64,000 bases of DNA. Origin: an uncultured Phycisphaeraceae bacterium. GTDB taxonomy: Bacteria > Planctomycetota > Phycisphaerae > Phycisphaerales > Phycisphaeraceae. Of this stretch, positions 11,112 to 20,000 are shown one piece after another (the stretch's first letter is position 1; each line of letters begins with the position of its first letter). Below the pieces are notes generated by a model. It was not told the origin of the DNA and made no database searches. It worked only from the letters and a program-made list of their open reading frames with translations. The position numbers were made by a program, and so were the translations under genes. The stretch lies in the NCBI GenBank assembly GCA_937988825.1, contig CALKHT010000056.1, forward strand, positions 1 to 64,000. Direction: 5' to 3'.

Positions 11112-11981
11112 TTGATGCGATTGCCCAGACGAGATGAATACCGACCGATCAGTGCCCGGCCGCGCCACAGCCCGCGGTCGTTGGTCGTGTGGCTGATCGG
11201 ACTGAACCTGTTCATCTTCGGCCTGGATGGTCTGCTGCTGAGCAATGGCATCGGCGTGCAGCAGACAATCAATGGTGTTCCGCTCACCATTCAGGGCAGG
11301 CCGGTCATTTCCCCCCTGCTGCAGTATCTGGGCCACTTTTCCGTCGATCTTGCCATCTTTAAGGGGCATATCTGGCGTTTCATTACGTTCCAGTTCCTGC
11401 ACGCGAACCTGGCGCATCTGGGGTTCAATATGATTTCACTGTACTTCTTCGGCCCGATGGTCGAGAAGTACTGGGGGGCGTACCGATTCCTGGCGTTTTA
11501 CCTGCTGTGCGGCGCGGCGGGGGCGCTGGCATATCTGGGGCTGTGGGGCGCCGGAATGGTCGAATCGACGGCCGGCCAGCCCCTTGTTGGCGCTTCGGCA
11601 GGCATTTTCGGCGTGCTCATCGCCGGGGCGATCCTGGCGCCGGATGCCCGTGTCATGCTGCTGATCCCGCCCATTCCGATGCGACTGCGCACGTTGGCGC
11701 TGATCGCGGTGGGCATCGGAGTTTACACGGTGGTGTGGCATGGCGATGAACCGGGTTCCAACGCCGGGGGACAGGCGGCCCATCTGGGCGGAGCAGCATT
11801 GGGGTATGTCCTGATGCAGCATCCGGGCTGGCTGGGGCTGAAGCGACGCAAGCGAAGGAAACGACGCAAGGGGTTTGCAGCCGATCCTGATGAGCAAAAC
11901 CCGGATCCGCATGAGGCCGCCCCGACAGACAACGTGCCAGGGCCAGCTAAGATAGATCAGGGCAACGTAAGCCTCGACTGA
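11112..11981 (+). CDS. Rhomboid family intramembrane serine protease
   Basis: Multi-TM; catalytic GASAGIFGV (GxSG) and AHLGG histidine motif; basic C-terminal tail. Confidence 0.8.
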   Translation: MMRLPRRDEYRPISARPRHSPRSLVVWLIGLNLFIFGLDGLLLSNGIGVQQTINGVPLTIQGRPVISPLLQYLGHFSVDLAIFKGHIWRFITFQFLHANLAHLGFNMISLYFFGPMVEKYWGAYRFLAFYLLCGAAGALAYLGLWGAGMVESTAGQPLVGASAGIFGVLIAGAILAPDARVMLLIPPIPMRLRTLALIAVGIGVYTVVWHGDEPGSNAGGQAAHLGGAALGYVLMQHPGWLGLKRRKRRKRRKGFAADPDEQNPDPHEAAPTDNVPGPAKIDQGNVSLD

Positions 11982-12003
11982 CGTGCAATGATGACGGTGA
12001 GCC

Positions 12004-12873
12004 ATGGGCTGGAATGATCGATCCTACTACTACCGTGAGAACCCCCGCATGGCGCTGGGCGGGGGGTTCAGCCGTTTCAGTGCGGTGACGTGGATCATCA
12101 TCATCAACGTGGTCGTGTTCCTGCTGGACAGCGTGCTTTGGAACTCGGCCCGTGGCAGTTCCTTCGCCCCTGTCCGGTGGGGCTATTTCAGCGTGGATAC
12201 CGCCATCCTCGGCGGACAGGTCTGGCGCTGGATCACCTTCCAGTTCCTGCACGCTGACATCTGGCACATCTTCTTCAACATGTTGGTGCTCTTTTTTTTC
12301 GGCCCGATGATCGAGGGCTACTGGGGCAGAACGCGATTTGTGATCTATTACCTGCTTTGCGGCATGGCGGGGGCGCTGCTGTTTGTCTTTTTCGTCATGG
12401 TGCCGGGGCTGCTGAATGTCAGCGCGGCTTCGCCGCTGGTGGGGGCCTCAGCGGGTGTATTTGGCGTGCTGGTCGGCTGTGCCATCGTCGCGCCGAATCA
12501 GCGGATCATGCTCCTCTTCCCGCCCATTCCCATGCAGATTCGCACACTGGTGCTGATCGTGCTGGGCTTCGCGGTGTTGGGCGTGCTGGTCGGCTCACTT
12601 AACGCGGGCGGTGACGCGGCCCACCTGGGCGGCGCGGCACTGGGGGCACTGCTCATGAAGAATCCGCGGTTGATCAGCTGGCTGAACATGCGCGGCGTGC
12701 GCTCGCGCTGGGAAGCCAGCCGCTGGCAGCGTCAGCAGCGACGCCTCGCCGCGGAAGAGGAGGAGATCGGCCGCATCCTGCAAAAGGTCAAGGACCACGG
12801 ACTGCACAGTCTCACCCGTCACGAAAAGCGGATGCTGCAGCGCGAAACAGACCGGCTGCGCAGCGCAGGGTGA
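12004..12873 (+). CDS. Rhomboid family intramembrane serine protease (tandem paralog)
   Basis: GASAGVFGVLVG and AHLGGAALG motifs; same architecture as the upstream paralog. Confidence 0.8.
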   Translation: MGWNDRSYYYRENPRMALGGGFSRFSAVTWIIIINVVVFLLDSVLWNSARGSSFAPVRWGYFSVDTAILGGQVWRWITFQFLHADIWHIFFNMLVLFFFGPMIEGYWGRTRFVIYYLLCGMAGALLFVFFVMVPGLLNVSAASPLVGASAGVFGVLVGCAIVAPNQRIMLLFPPIPMQIRTLVLIVLGFAVLGVLVGSLNAGGDAAHLGGAALGALLMKNPRLISWLNMRGVRSRWEASRWQRQQRRLAAEEEEIGRILQKVKDHGLHSLTRHEKRMLQRETDRLRSAG

Positions 12874-12941
12874 CACGTTTTCATTGCATCACGCGCCATC
12901 TCCACACGAAGCGCGGGGGACCCGGGAAACCGACAGCCGTG

Positions 12942-14144
12942 TTACTTTAGCGGGCGCATCTGCCAGATGGCGCTGTTGGGGCCATCGGGGATGAGGTAGA
13001 GGTAGCCATCCGGGCCCTGCTGGACGTCGCGGATGCGGGTTTGCAGGGGGATGCGCTCTTCCTCGACGACGCGGCCGTTCTCGATCTTCACGCGGATGAG
13101 CGCCTGCGATGACAGGCCACCGATGAACGCGCTGCCCTTCCATTCGGGGAACACATCACCGGTGTAGAACGTCATGCCCGAGGGAGAGATCACCGGCGTC
13201 CAGACGCGCACCGCATCGGTGAACTCCGGCCGGGTGTCCGGGTTGGGAATCGGCGTGCCGTCGTAGTTGATACCCCAGCTCACGACGGGCCAGCCGTAGT
13301 TTTTGCCCGCCTCCACCTTGTTCAGCTCATCACCGCCCAGTGGGCCCATCTCCACCACCCACAGGTCTCCCGTGGCGGGATCGATCGCCGCCGCCTGCAT
13401 GTTGCGATGACCCAGCGACCAGATTTCCGGCTTCGCACCGTCTCGGCCAACGAACGGGTTGTCCTTCGGCACGGAACCGTCATCGTTCAGGCGAATCACC
13501 TTGCCCAGATGGTTATTCAGGTCCTGTGCGGGCTGGAACTGAAAGCGGTCGCCGATCGTGAGGAAGATCTGATTTTTGTCGTTGAAGACGATGCGGCTGC
13601 CGTAGTGCAGACCGCGCGGCACCCAGGGCTCGTGAACGAACAGTTCCTGGAAGTTCTCGATGCGGTCGTTGACGAATCGGCCGCGACCCAGCGCGGTGGC
13701 GCTGGTGTTGTCCGGACCGGCCTTGACGTAGGAAAAGTAGACGAACTGGTTCTCGTTGAACCTGGGGTGTACCGCGACATCGAGCAGGCCACCCTGCCCC
13801 TCGACATAGATTTCCGGCAGACCGGGAATCGGGTCAGACACCTTTCCCTCTTTGTCGACGACGCGCAGCCGACCGGGTTTCTCGGTCACGAGCAGTCGGC
13901 CGTCGGGCAGGAACGCGATCCCCCAGGGTCGATCCAGCCCGGTGGCGTAGATACGCACGCTGGTCGGCCCCGCGGCGGTGAGATCGGAGCGGACCTGCCG
14001 CCCCACCTGCGCCTCAACCTGTGATGCAACCAGAACCTGCGCGAGCACGGCGGCAGCCAACATCCAGCGGCGATACAGCATGTCTGAATCCTTATTCCGG
14101 GAAGCAATACGTGCCAAACACGTGCAGATTCTATACCAGATCAC
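12942..14144 (-). CDS. PQQ-dependent soluble sugar (glucose/sorbosone) dehydrogenase, secreted
   Basis: Signal peptide (MLYRRWMLAAAVLAQVLVASQVEA) and beta-propeller SGDH-like blocks (GLDRPWGIAFLPDGRLLVTEKPGRLRVV, HLGKVIRLNDDGSVPKDNPF). Confidence 0.75.
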   Translation of the reverse strand: MIWYRICTCLARIASRNKDSDMLYRRWMLAAAVLAQVLVASQVEAQVGRQVRSDLTAAGPTSVRIYATGLDRPWGIAFLPDGRLLVTEKPGRLRVVDKEGKVSDPIPGLPEIYVEGQGGLLDVAVHPRFNENQFVYFSYVKAGPDNTSATALGRGRFVNDRIENFQELFVHEPWVPRGLHYGSRIVFNDKNQIFLTIGDRFQFQPAQDLNNHLGKVIRLNDDGSVPKDNPFVGRDGAKPEIWSLGHRNMQAAAIDPATGDLWVVEMGPLGGDELNKVEAGKNYGWPVVSWGINYDGTPIPNPDTRPEFTDAVRVWTPVISPSGMTFYTGDVFPEWKGSAFIGGLSSQALIRVKIENGRVVEEERIPLQTRIRDVQQGPDGYLYLIPDGPNSAIWQMRPLK

Positions 14145-14159
14145 CCGCGGCGATAAGGT

Positions 14160-16007
14160 TTACGCGCTCGAAACCATGTTCATGGACCGCTCCAGTGTTG
14201 CCAGCTCCGCCTTCCACGCCTGGCGGGTGGCATCATCGACGTTCGGATCGGGCAGCAGCGAGCGGCGGGTGCAATTGACCAGCGCCTGCAGCGTCTGATA
14301 CCGGCGGGTGGTGTCGATGTCGGCGGGCAGGCAGTCGCGGATCACCTCCAGCACCTGGTCGGTATCAATTTCGCCACGACACCGGGCCATCAGCAGCGAC
14401 CGCAGCGCAGCGAACGCGGCTGCGGAATAGTCAGCGGTGAGTTCATCGACCCGTGAAAGCAGCGCATCGTCCATCTCAGGCAGCACGGGTTTCAGGCACC
14501 AGCGAATGAAGGCTCTGCGGTCCTCGGAGCCGGGTTCGGGGTCGAGGACGGGAATGATGAGATCGCCCACCCGGCCGGGCCGTCGCAGGTCAGGGCTGAG
14601 CCGTTCGATGCGGGCGGTCATGAGCAGCCAGACGACGCGACCGCGCAGTTTCGGGTCGCTCATGAGCGCCTGGATCTTGCCGGTGAGGCGTCGCTCAGTG
14701 GGATGGGCGTCCGCACCGACGCCGCCGAACTGCGTGTCCGCCTCATCGACGAAGATGATGACCTTGCCCAGTGCTTCGAGTACCCGGCGAAGCTTCTCGA
14801 AGATGACATCCGTCTGCCCGAAGTACTGGCTGCGAATATTCTTGAGCACGAGCACGGGCAGCCCCAGTGCTCCGGCCACCGCTTCAAAGATGAACGTCTT
14901 GCCTGAGCCAATCGGCCCCGCCACCGCCGCACCGGGCAGAGCATCCGGACCGGTCGAACGAATGCGCGGGATGAACTCCTCCTGCAGGAACGCACGCAGG
15001 CGCGAATGGCCCACCACATCATCAAGCGTGTGACTGGGTTTCTTGAACTCGACGACATCCTCGCCCAGCGTCGCGGTGATGTGGCGTTCGACACGATCAA
15101 TCACATCGGTCGCGGTGATGGGCTTGCCGTGATGAGCAGCGCCCAGCAGCAGTTGTCGCAGCGCGTGCAGCGACAGCCCGGCCGAGAGTTGTGCCAGCTC
15201 GCGCGGCGTGATGACCATATCGACGGGACGTTGCGCGGTGAAATGCTCGATGAAGAACAGCCGCTCGTTCTCATCCGGCGGTGGCACCTCGACACTGAGC
15301 ATCTGCGGCAATGTCGCGATGCGTGGGTGAATCGCGTGGCGCGAATCCGCCAGGAGAACCACGCTGTCATCGCCTTCCATGAAGGCCGGGTCGCAGAACC
15401 AGTCCTGACAAATGGCAATGCGCTGGCGGTCCCCCGGCGAAAGGCGTGTGATGTCGCCATCAGCCGCGGGCAGCAGCATGTCCGCTGCCTCGATGAGGAT
15501 GAGCAGCCGAAAGCGCTTGCCGTTGGCCGGTTGAGCGCGCGAGCAGAGCGTAAGCTGGCGCAGCACCTCCAGCGCCGCGGTGGGTCGACCGGTCGCATCA
15601 GCGATCAGACGATCGAACTGATCCTCCAGCGATTCCCGCCGGGCACGCGCAGCCTCATCGGTGAGCGACTGCAGAATGAGCTGATCGAGCGATTGGCCTG
15701 TCTTCCAGCGAATCCACGCATCGCGCAGCACCTGCCGATCCCGATCGTGCAGGCACCGGATCGGCCCGTTCAGTTCATAAACCAGAACAATGACCCCCTC
15801 CACGGAACATCGGCTGCACAGATACGGCACCAGCGGCACATACCGCTGAGATGACTCCAGATAAAAAAGACCATGCACCTCCCCCGACAGCAAGACGGAT
15901 CGCGACTGCCCTGCATTAATGATGCGGGCCAGCCGGGAAAAAAAGTCATGTTTGGGAGGGGCAACGAGAGTCATGGTTGAAAGAAAGGCACGAAGACACG
16001 GAGGCAC
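14160..16007 (-). CDS. AAA ATPase of the classical clade (Vps4/FtsH/Cdc48-like) with a roughly 350-aa N-terminal domain of unknown function
   Basis: Walker A GPIGSGKT, Walker B IIFVDEAD, second region of homology LMTARIERLSPDLRRPGRVGDLIIPV (compare TNRPD.LDPAL.RPGRFDR). Sits directly downstream of the PspA-like gene on the same strand. Confidence 0.7.
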   Translation of the reverse strand: MPPCLRAFLSTMTLVAPPKHDFFSRLARIINAGQSRSVLLSGEVHGLFYLESSQRYVPLVPYLCSRCSVEGVIVLVYELNGPIRCLHDRDRQVLRDAWIRWKTGQSLDQLILQSLTDEAARARRESLEDQFDRLIADATGRPTAALEVLRQLTLCSRAQPANGKRFRLLILIEAADMLLPAADGDITRLSPGDRQRIAICQDWFCDPAFMEGDDSVVLLADSRHAIHPRIATLPQMLSVEVPPPDENERLFFIEHFTAQRPVDMVITPRELAQLSAGLSLHALRQLLLGAAHHGKPITATDVIDRVERHITATLGEDVVEFKKPSHTLDDVVGHSRLRAFLQEEFIPRIRSTGPDALPGAAVAGPIGSGKTFIFEAVAGALGLPVLVLKNIRSQYFGQTDVIFEKLRRVLEALGKVIIFVDEADTQFGGVGADAHPTERRLTGKIQALMSDPKLRGRVVWLLMTARIERLSPDLRRPGRVGDLIIPVLDPEPGSEDRRAFIRWCLKPVLPEMDDALLSRVDELTADYSAAAFAALRSLLMARCRGEIDTDQVLEVIRDCLPADIDTTRRYQTLQALVNCTRRSLLPDPNVDDATRQAWKAELATLERSMNMVSSA

Positions 16008-16150
16008 GAAGGAAAGGCGCAGGCAAATGAATTAGCTACCACACGGGCGACTACATCGCGCCTCTTCTGAATTACTCATTGCCAATTGCTTATTGCTTAC
16101 TGCTTATTCCATTCCCAACTGATTACTTATTACTGATTATTGATTACTCC

Positions 16151-16972
16151 TCATTCCGGCAGTCTCGGCTCACCCACCCGCGCCTCAGCATCCCGCCCGT
16201 CCGATTCCTCCGCCAGCCCGATCAGCGCATCGAACTCATCGGCGATCCGCGTTGACTGGGCATATCGAATGAACTCTGCCTCCTGCGCCCTGGTGTCGGT
16301 GCCAGCCAGTTCCTTGGACACGCGGGCCCTGGCCTTGAGTTCCTGTCGCATCTGACGCATGTCCGCCAGCTCGCGCGAGGTGCGGTCCCTGCTGATGCCC
16401 GCGAGCATGTCGTTGAGTTCCGCCTCTTCCTTGGCGGTGATCACCTCGGCGACGGCCTCGGCCTGCTCGCTGCGCAGCTTCTCGATCTCACGCAGCATCT
16501 GCGTCAACTGAATCTTGTGGCCGGCGATGGTGCTGTCCATCTCCTGCACCTCCGCCTCCAGTTCGCTGATGCGCGGTGTCTTTTCCTCGATCTTCGATCT
16601 GAAATCCTGATAGGCCAACATGCATTTGCGATAGTCCTCGCTGGCCTTGATCTGCTCCAGCGTGGCCCCATTGGCCTTCATCTGCTCGACCACCGTACGC
16701 GCTTTGGCCGCCGCCCCTTCCTTGAGCTGCTCCAGATGAGCGATCGCCTCCGATTCCGCCTTGATCTTGCTCATCTTCGCCTCGTGCTGCACGATCAGCC
16801 GGGCGATGGCGTCCTTGTACTGGCGAATCGACTCGGTCTTGCTGGCGATGATCTGATCGTACGTCGCCTTCACCACGTGCGGGCTGGTCGACAGCGCGCT
16901 GCGGGCAGCATCGATGCGGCCGGTGATCAGATAACCCAGGGCGCGAAAGTAACGGCCGACGGCTTTGAACAT
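16151..16972 (-). CDS. PspA/IM30 (Vipp1/LiaH)-family protein (ESCRT-III superfamily)
   Basis: 273 aa, coiled-coil throughout. N-terminal amphipathic MFKAVGRYFRAL resembles the PspA/Vipp1 alpha0 (MGLFDRLGRVVRANL), and heptad-rich E/A/K/Q repeats run the length of the protein. Family call from pattern only. Confidence 0.55.
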   Translation of the reverse strand: MFKAVGRYFRALGYLITGRIDAARSALSTSPHVVKATYDQIIASKTESIRQYKDAIARLIVQHEAKMSKIKAESEAIAHLEQLKEGAAAKARTVVEQMKANGATLEQIKASEDYRKCMLAYQDFRSKIEEKTPRISELEAEVQEMDSTIAGHKIQLTQMLREIEKLRSEQAEAVAEVITAKEEAELNDMLAGISRDRTSRELADMRQMRQELKARARVSKELAGTDTRAQEAEFIRYAQSTRIADEFDALIGLAEESDGRDAEARVGEPRLPE

Positions 16973-17001
16973 GCTTGGACTCCTTCGACAGCCCCCCCGC
17001 T

Positions 17002-20000
17002 TCAGGACTGATCGGCTGGATCGCCCGATTCAGGCTGGTTTTTCTCCAGACGCTGGATGATGTCATCGTACCGCGCCGCGATCGTACGCAGCGAGCGTTC
17101 CATCTCGCCCAACTGGCCCGGCTGACCGGCGACAAGACGGCTGAGCGGCTCCATCCACGCCCTCATCAGCGCGAACTGCTCCTTCATCACATACAGGAAG
17201 GTCGCGGGCACCTTGTTGATGACACGGACCTCAAAGGGAACTGCCGCATCACCGTTGCCGGGGGCACCAGTGGATGGCTTACTGACACCGGGGGCCGGTT
17301 TGTCTTCGGCGGCATTGATCGGGGCGGGTGGCAGCACGGCACCGGAACGCTGGGCGATCTGCTGCATCAGCTCGCGGATCGCGTCGAGCGTGGTGGCGTC
17401 CAGCCGCGCTTCAACCGGCGCGGTGCGTGCGGCGATATCTCGCCCGGCCGCCAACGCGGCAATCGCATCGCGGATCGCGGTGATGCTCTGCACGAAGCTG
17501 GCAAGCTGCTCCGCCACAGGGGTCAGGTCGATGCGTGGCGGTTCAACATCACGCCGGCCGTTGACCGCTTCCAGCCTTGAGAGTCCCTGCGCCAGTGCGC
17601 CGTGGATATCGCCCAGATTCTGGTTCAGTCCCGCCATCTGCGACAACACCGCCGCGGTCTTGTCGTCGCCGCCAAGGGCACGCACCGAGTTGTTGCGCAC
17701 GAACGTGCGTTTGATTTTCTCCCAGCGGGCCTTTTCTTCCTCGGTGAGCCAGCCCATCATTTCGCGGAACTTGAGCAGGTTCGCTTCCGCACCGGTGGTG
17801 AGCGTCTGGGCATCCTGCTCGTAGCTGGCCATGATGAGCGTGCGCAGTTCCTGATCATTCATCACCGGCATCACCTTCTCAGCGATGCGGTTCATATTGC
17901 GATAGGAACCCTGCAGCAGGAATGGTGGCTCGGTGCGGTACTGATCCTCCTGACCGGCGGAAGCGATGTACTGCTGATTCACGCGCAGGATCACATCGCG
18001 CACGATGATGAGCTTCTTCATCACGCTCACCATCTCTTCGATTTCCTCGCGGCTGTAGTTGCCTTCAAACTCGATGTTTTCCCGGCTGTCGGTCTCGGCA
18101 ATGCGGATGACGTTGTAGACGTCCGCCTGACTGCGCGTTGCCAACGGGTTGAGTGTCGGGTTCGATGTGAGGCAGTTCTCCAGGTACGACATCTTAAAGG
18201 CTTCGGCGTGGTCGCCGATAATGTCACCCAGGTTGTAGGTGTCCGCACGGTTGGCGAGCATGTCGGGAATCCTGAACTTCTCGCCGGATTCGGTGTATGG
18301 GTTGCCCGCCATGACGATGGCGACCTTGCGGCCGCGAAAATCGTAGGTACGCGTGCGCCCCTTGTAGACACCCTCGATCCGCCGCTGAGCATCGCAGAGG
18401 CTGATGAACTTCTGCAGGAACTCCGGGCTGGTGTGCTGGATGTCGTCGATGTAGATCATCACGTTGTCGCCCATCTCGAAGGCGAGGTTGAGCTTTTCCA
18501 GCTCCTCGCGGGCGGCGGCGTTGGTGGCCTCTGCAGGGTCGATCGACGTGACGTTGTGCCCGATCGCCGGGCCATTGATCTTCATGAAGATGACGCCCAG
18601 CCGACTGGCGATGTACTCCATGAGCGTCGTCTTGCCGTAGCCTGGCGGCGAGATAAGCAGCAGCAGCCCGTTACGATCGGTGCGCGTACCCGAGCCAGCC
18701 GTACCCATCTGCTTGGCAAGGTTGTTACCAATGAGTGACAGGAAAACTTCGTTGATGAGCCGGTTACGCACGAAGGAGGTGAGTACCTTCGGTGTGAACT
18801 CCTCGATGCGCATCTCGGCGCGGGCGCGCTCAATGATCTCGTGCTTGAGCGCGGCGTAGGCCTGGTACTTCGGCACGGTGACCCGGGCGAAGTGGTTAAG
18901 CCGGGCCATGAAGGCGTTGAAGTCGAGCGTAAGCCGTCCTTCCTGAATGGTCGGGTGCGTGCCGACGAGACCTTCGATGACCGTGCGCGTGCTGACACCG
19001 ATGATACGTGTCGGCTTGACGCCACCTTCGGCGATGCGTGCGGCCGCTTCATCCACGTAGGGTTGCGCCTCACTGCGACGCGGCTCATCCAGTGTTGCAA
19101 CGTAAGCACGCAGCCAGTCACGGATGAGGGCGAACTGCCGGCGGGGATGGCCCTCCAGCGCCTCGACCGCTTCATCGAAGGCTGAGGCCTTGCGGCGCGA
19201 TTTGAGATCCGTGTTGAACGCTTCGACGAGGTTCGCGGCATCGGGGCTGACCACGAAGGCCTGCGCCGGATTGGCAAGCTCATGGCAAAGATAGGCCGCG
19301 GCCTCCTCCGCCAATGCCGGATCGAACAGGTTGTGCGGATGCTGCTCAGCGAAGGCGGTAATGAGCGGCACCAGCTCACGCTGCACACGCTGGTCCAGTC
19401 CGTTGCCGGTGAAAAGCTCGCGTGCCTTGCCCAGGCCGATCGCGTGTGCGGCCAGCGCCTTCTTGTGCACACCATCGCTCATCACGTGCCAGAAGACCGA
19501 CGCCAGCGCACGCGCCGATGGGCTGTAGCGCAGCAGGCCGATCGTCAGTTGCATTCGCAGCAGTTCGCGCAGAATGCGGGCCGCGTCGACATCGTGCACA
19601 CCCTTGGTGTACCCCTCACTGTAGCGCGGGCTCATGAACTGGCGCACCTGCTCGACCAGTACCGATTCATCTTCGGTGAGCATCGCTTCGATCTCGGCTG
19701 GTTCTCGCGCGGCAAGTTCCTGGAACATCAGCCAGGCCAGGTACTCAGCACGATACACCGCGTGATTTTCAGAGACGATTTCCTGCGACCAGACGTCCCG
19801 TGTCGCTTCCAGACGCGCATCCTCGATCGGCTCAAAAAACTGCGTGCCGGTCAGGTGCAACTGCATCCGGTTGTCTCGGGTGATGATCGTCAGGTCGATC
19901 GGCTGCGTGTTGACAGAAAAGACGTGCCGACCGAAGCGTATCGTGTTGCGTCCGCCTTCCTGCAGTTCGATCCGATCCTTGAGCTGGCGAACCGCTTCCT

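Noticed and set aside
10428-11417. Minus-strand ORF, 329 aa
   Set aside because: Overlaps the glyS end, the NUDIX gene and the rhomboid start on the opposite strand; shadow ORF.
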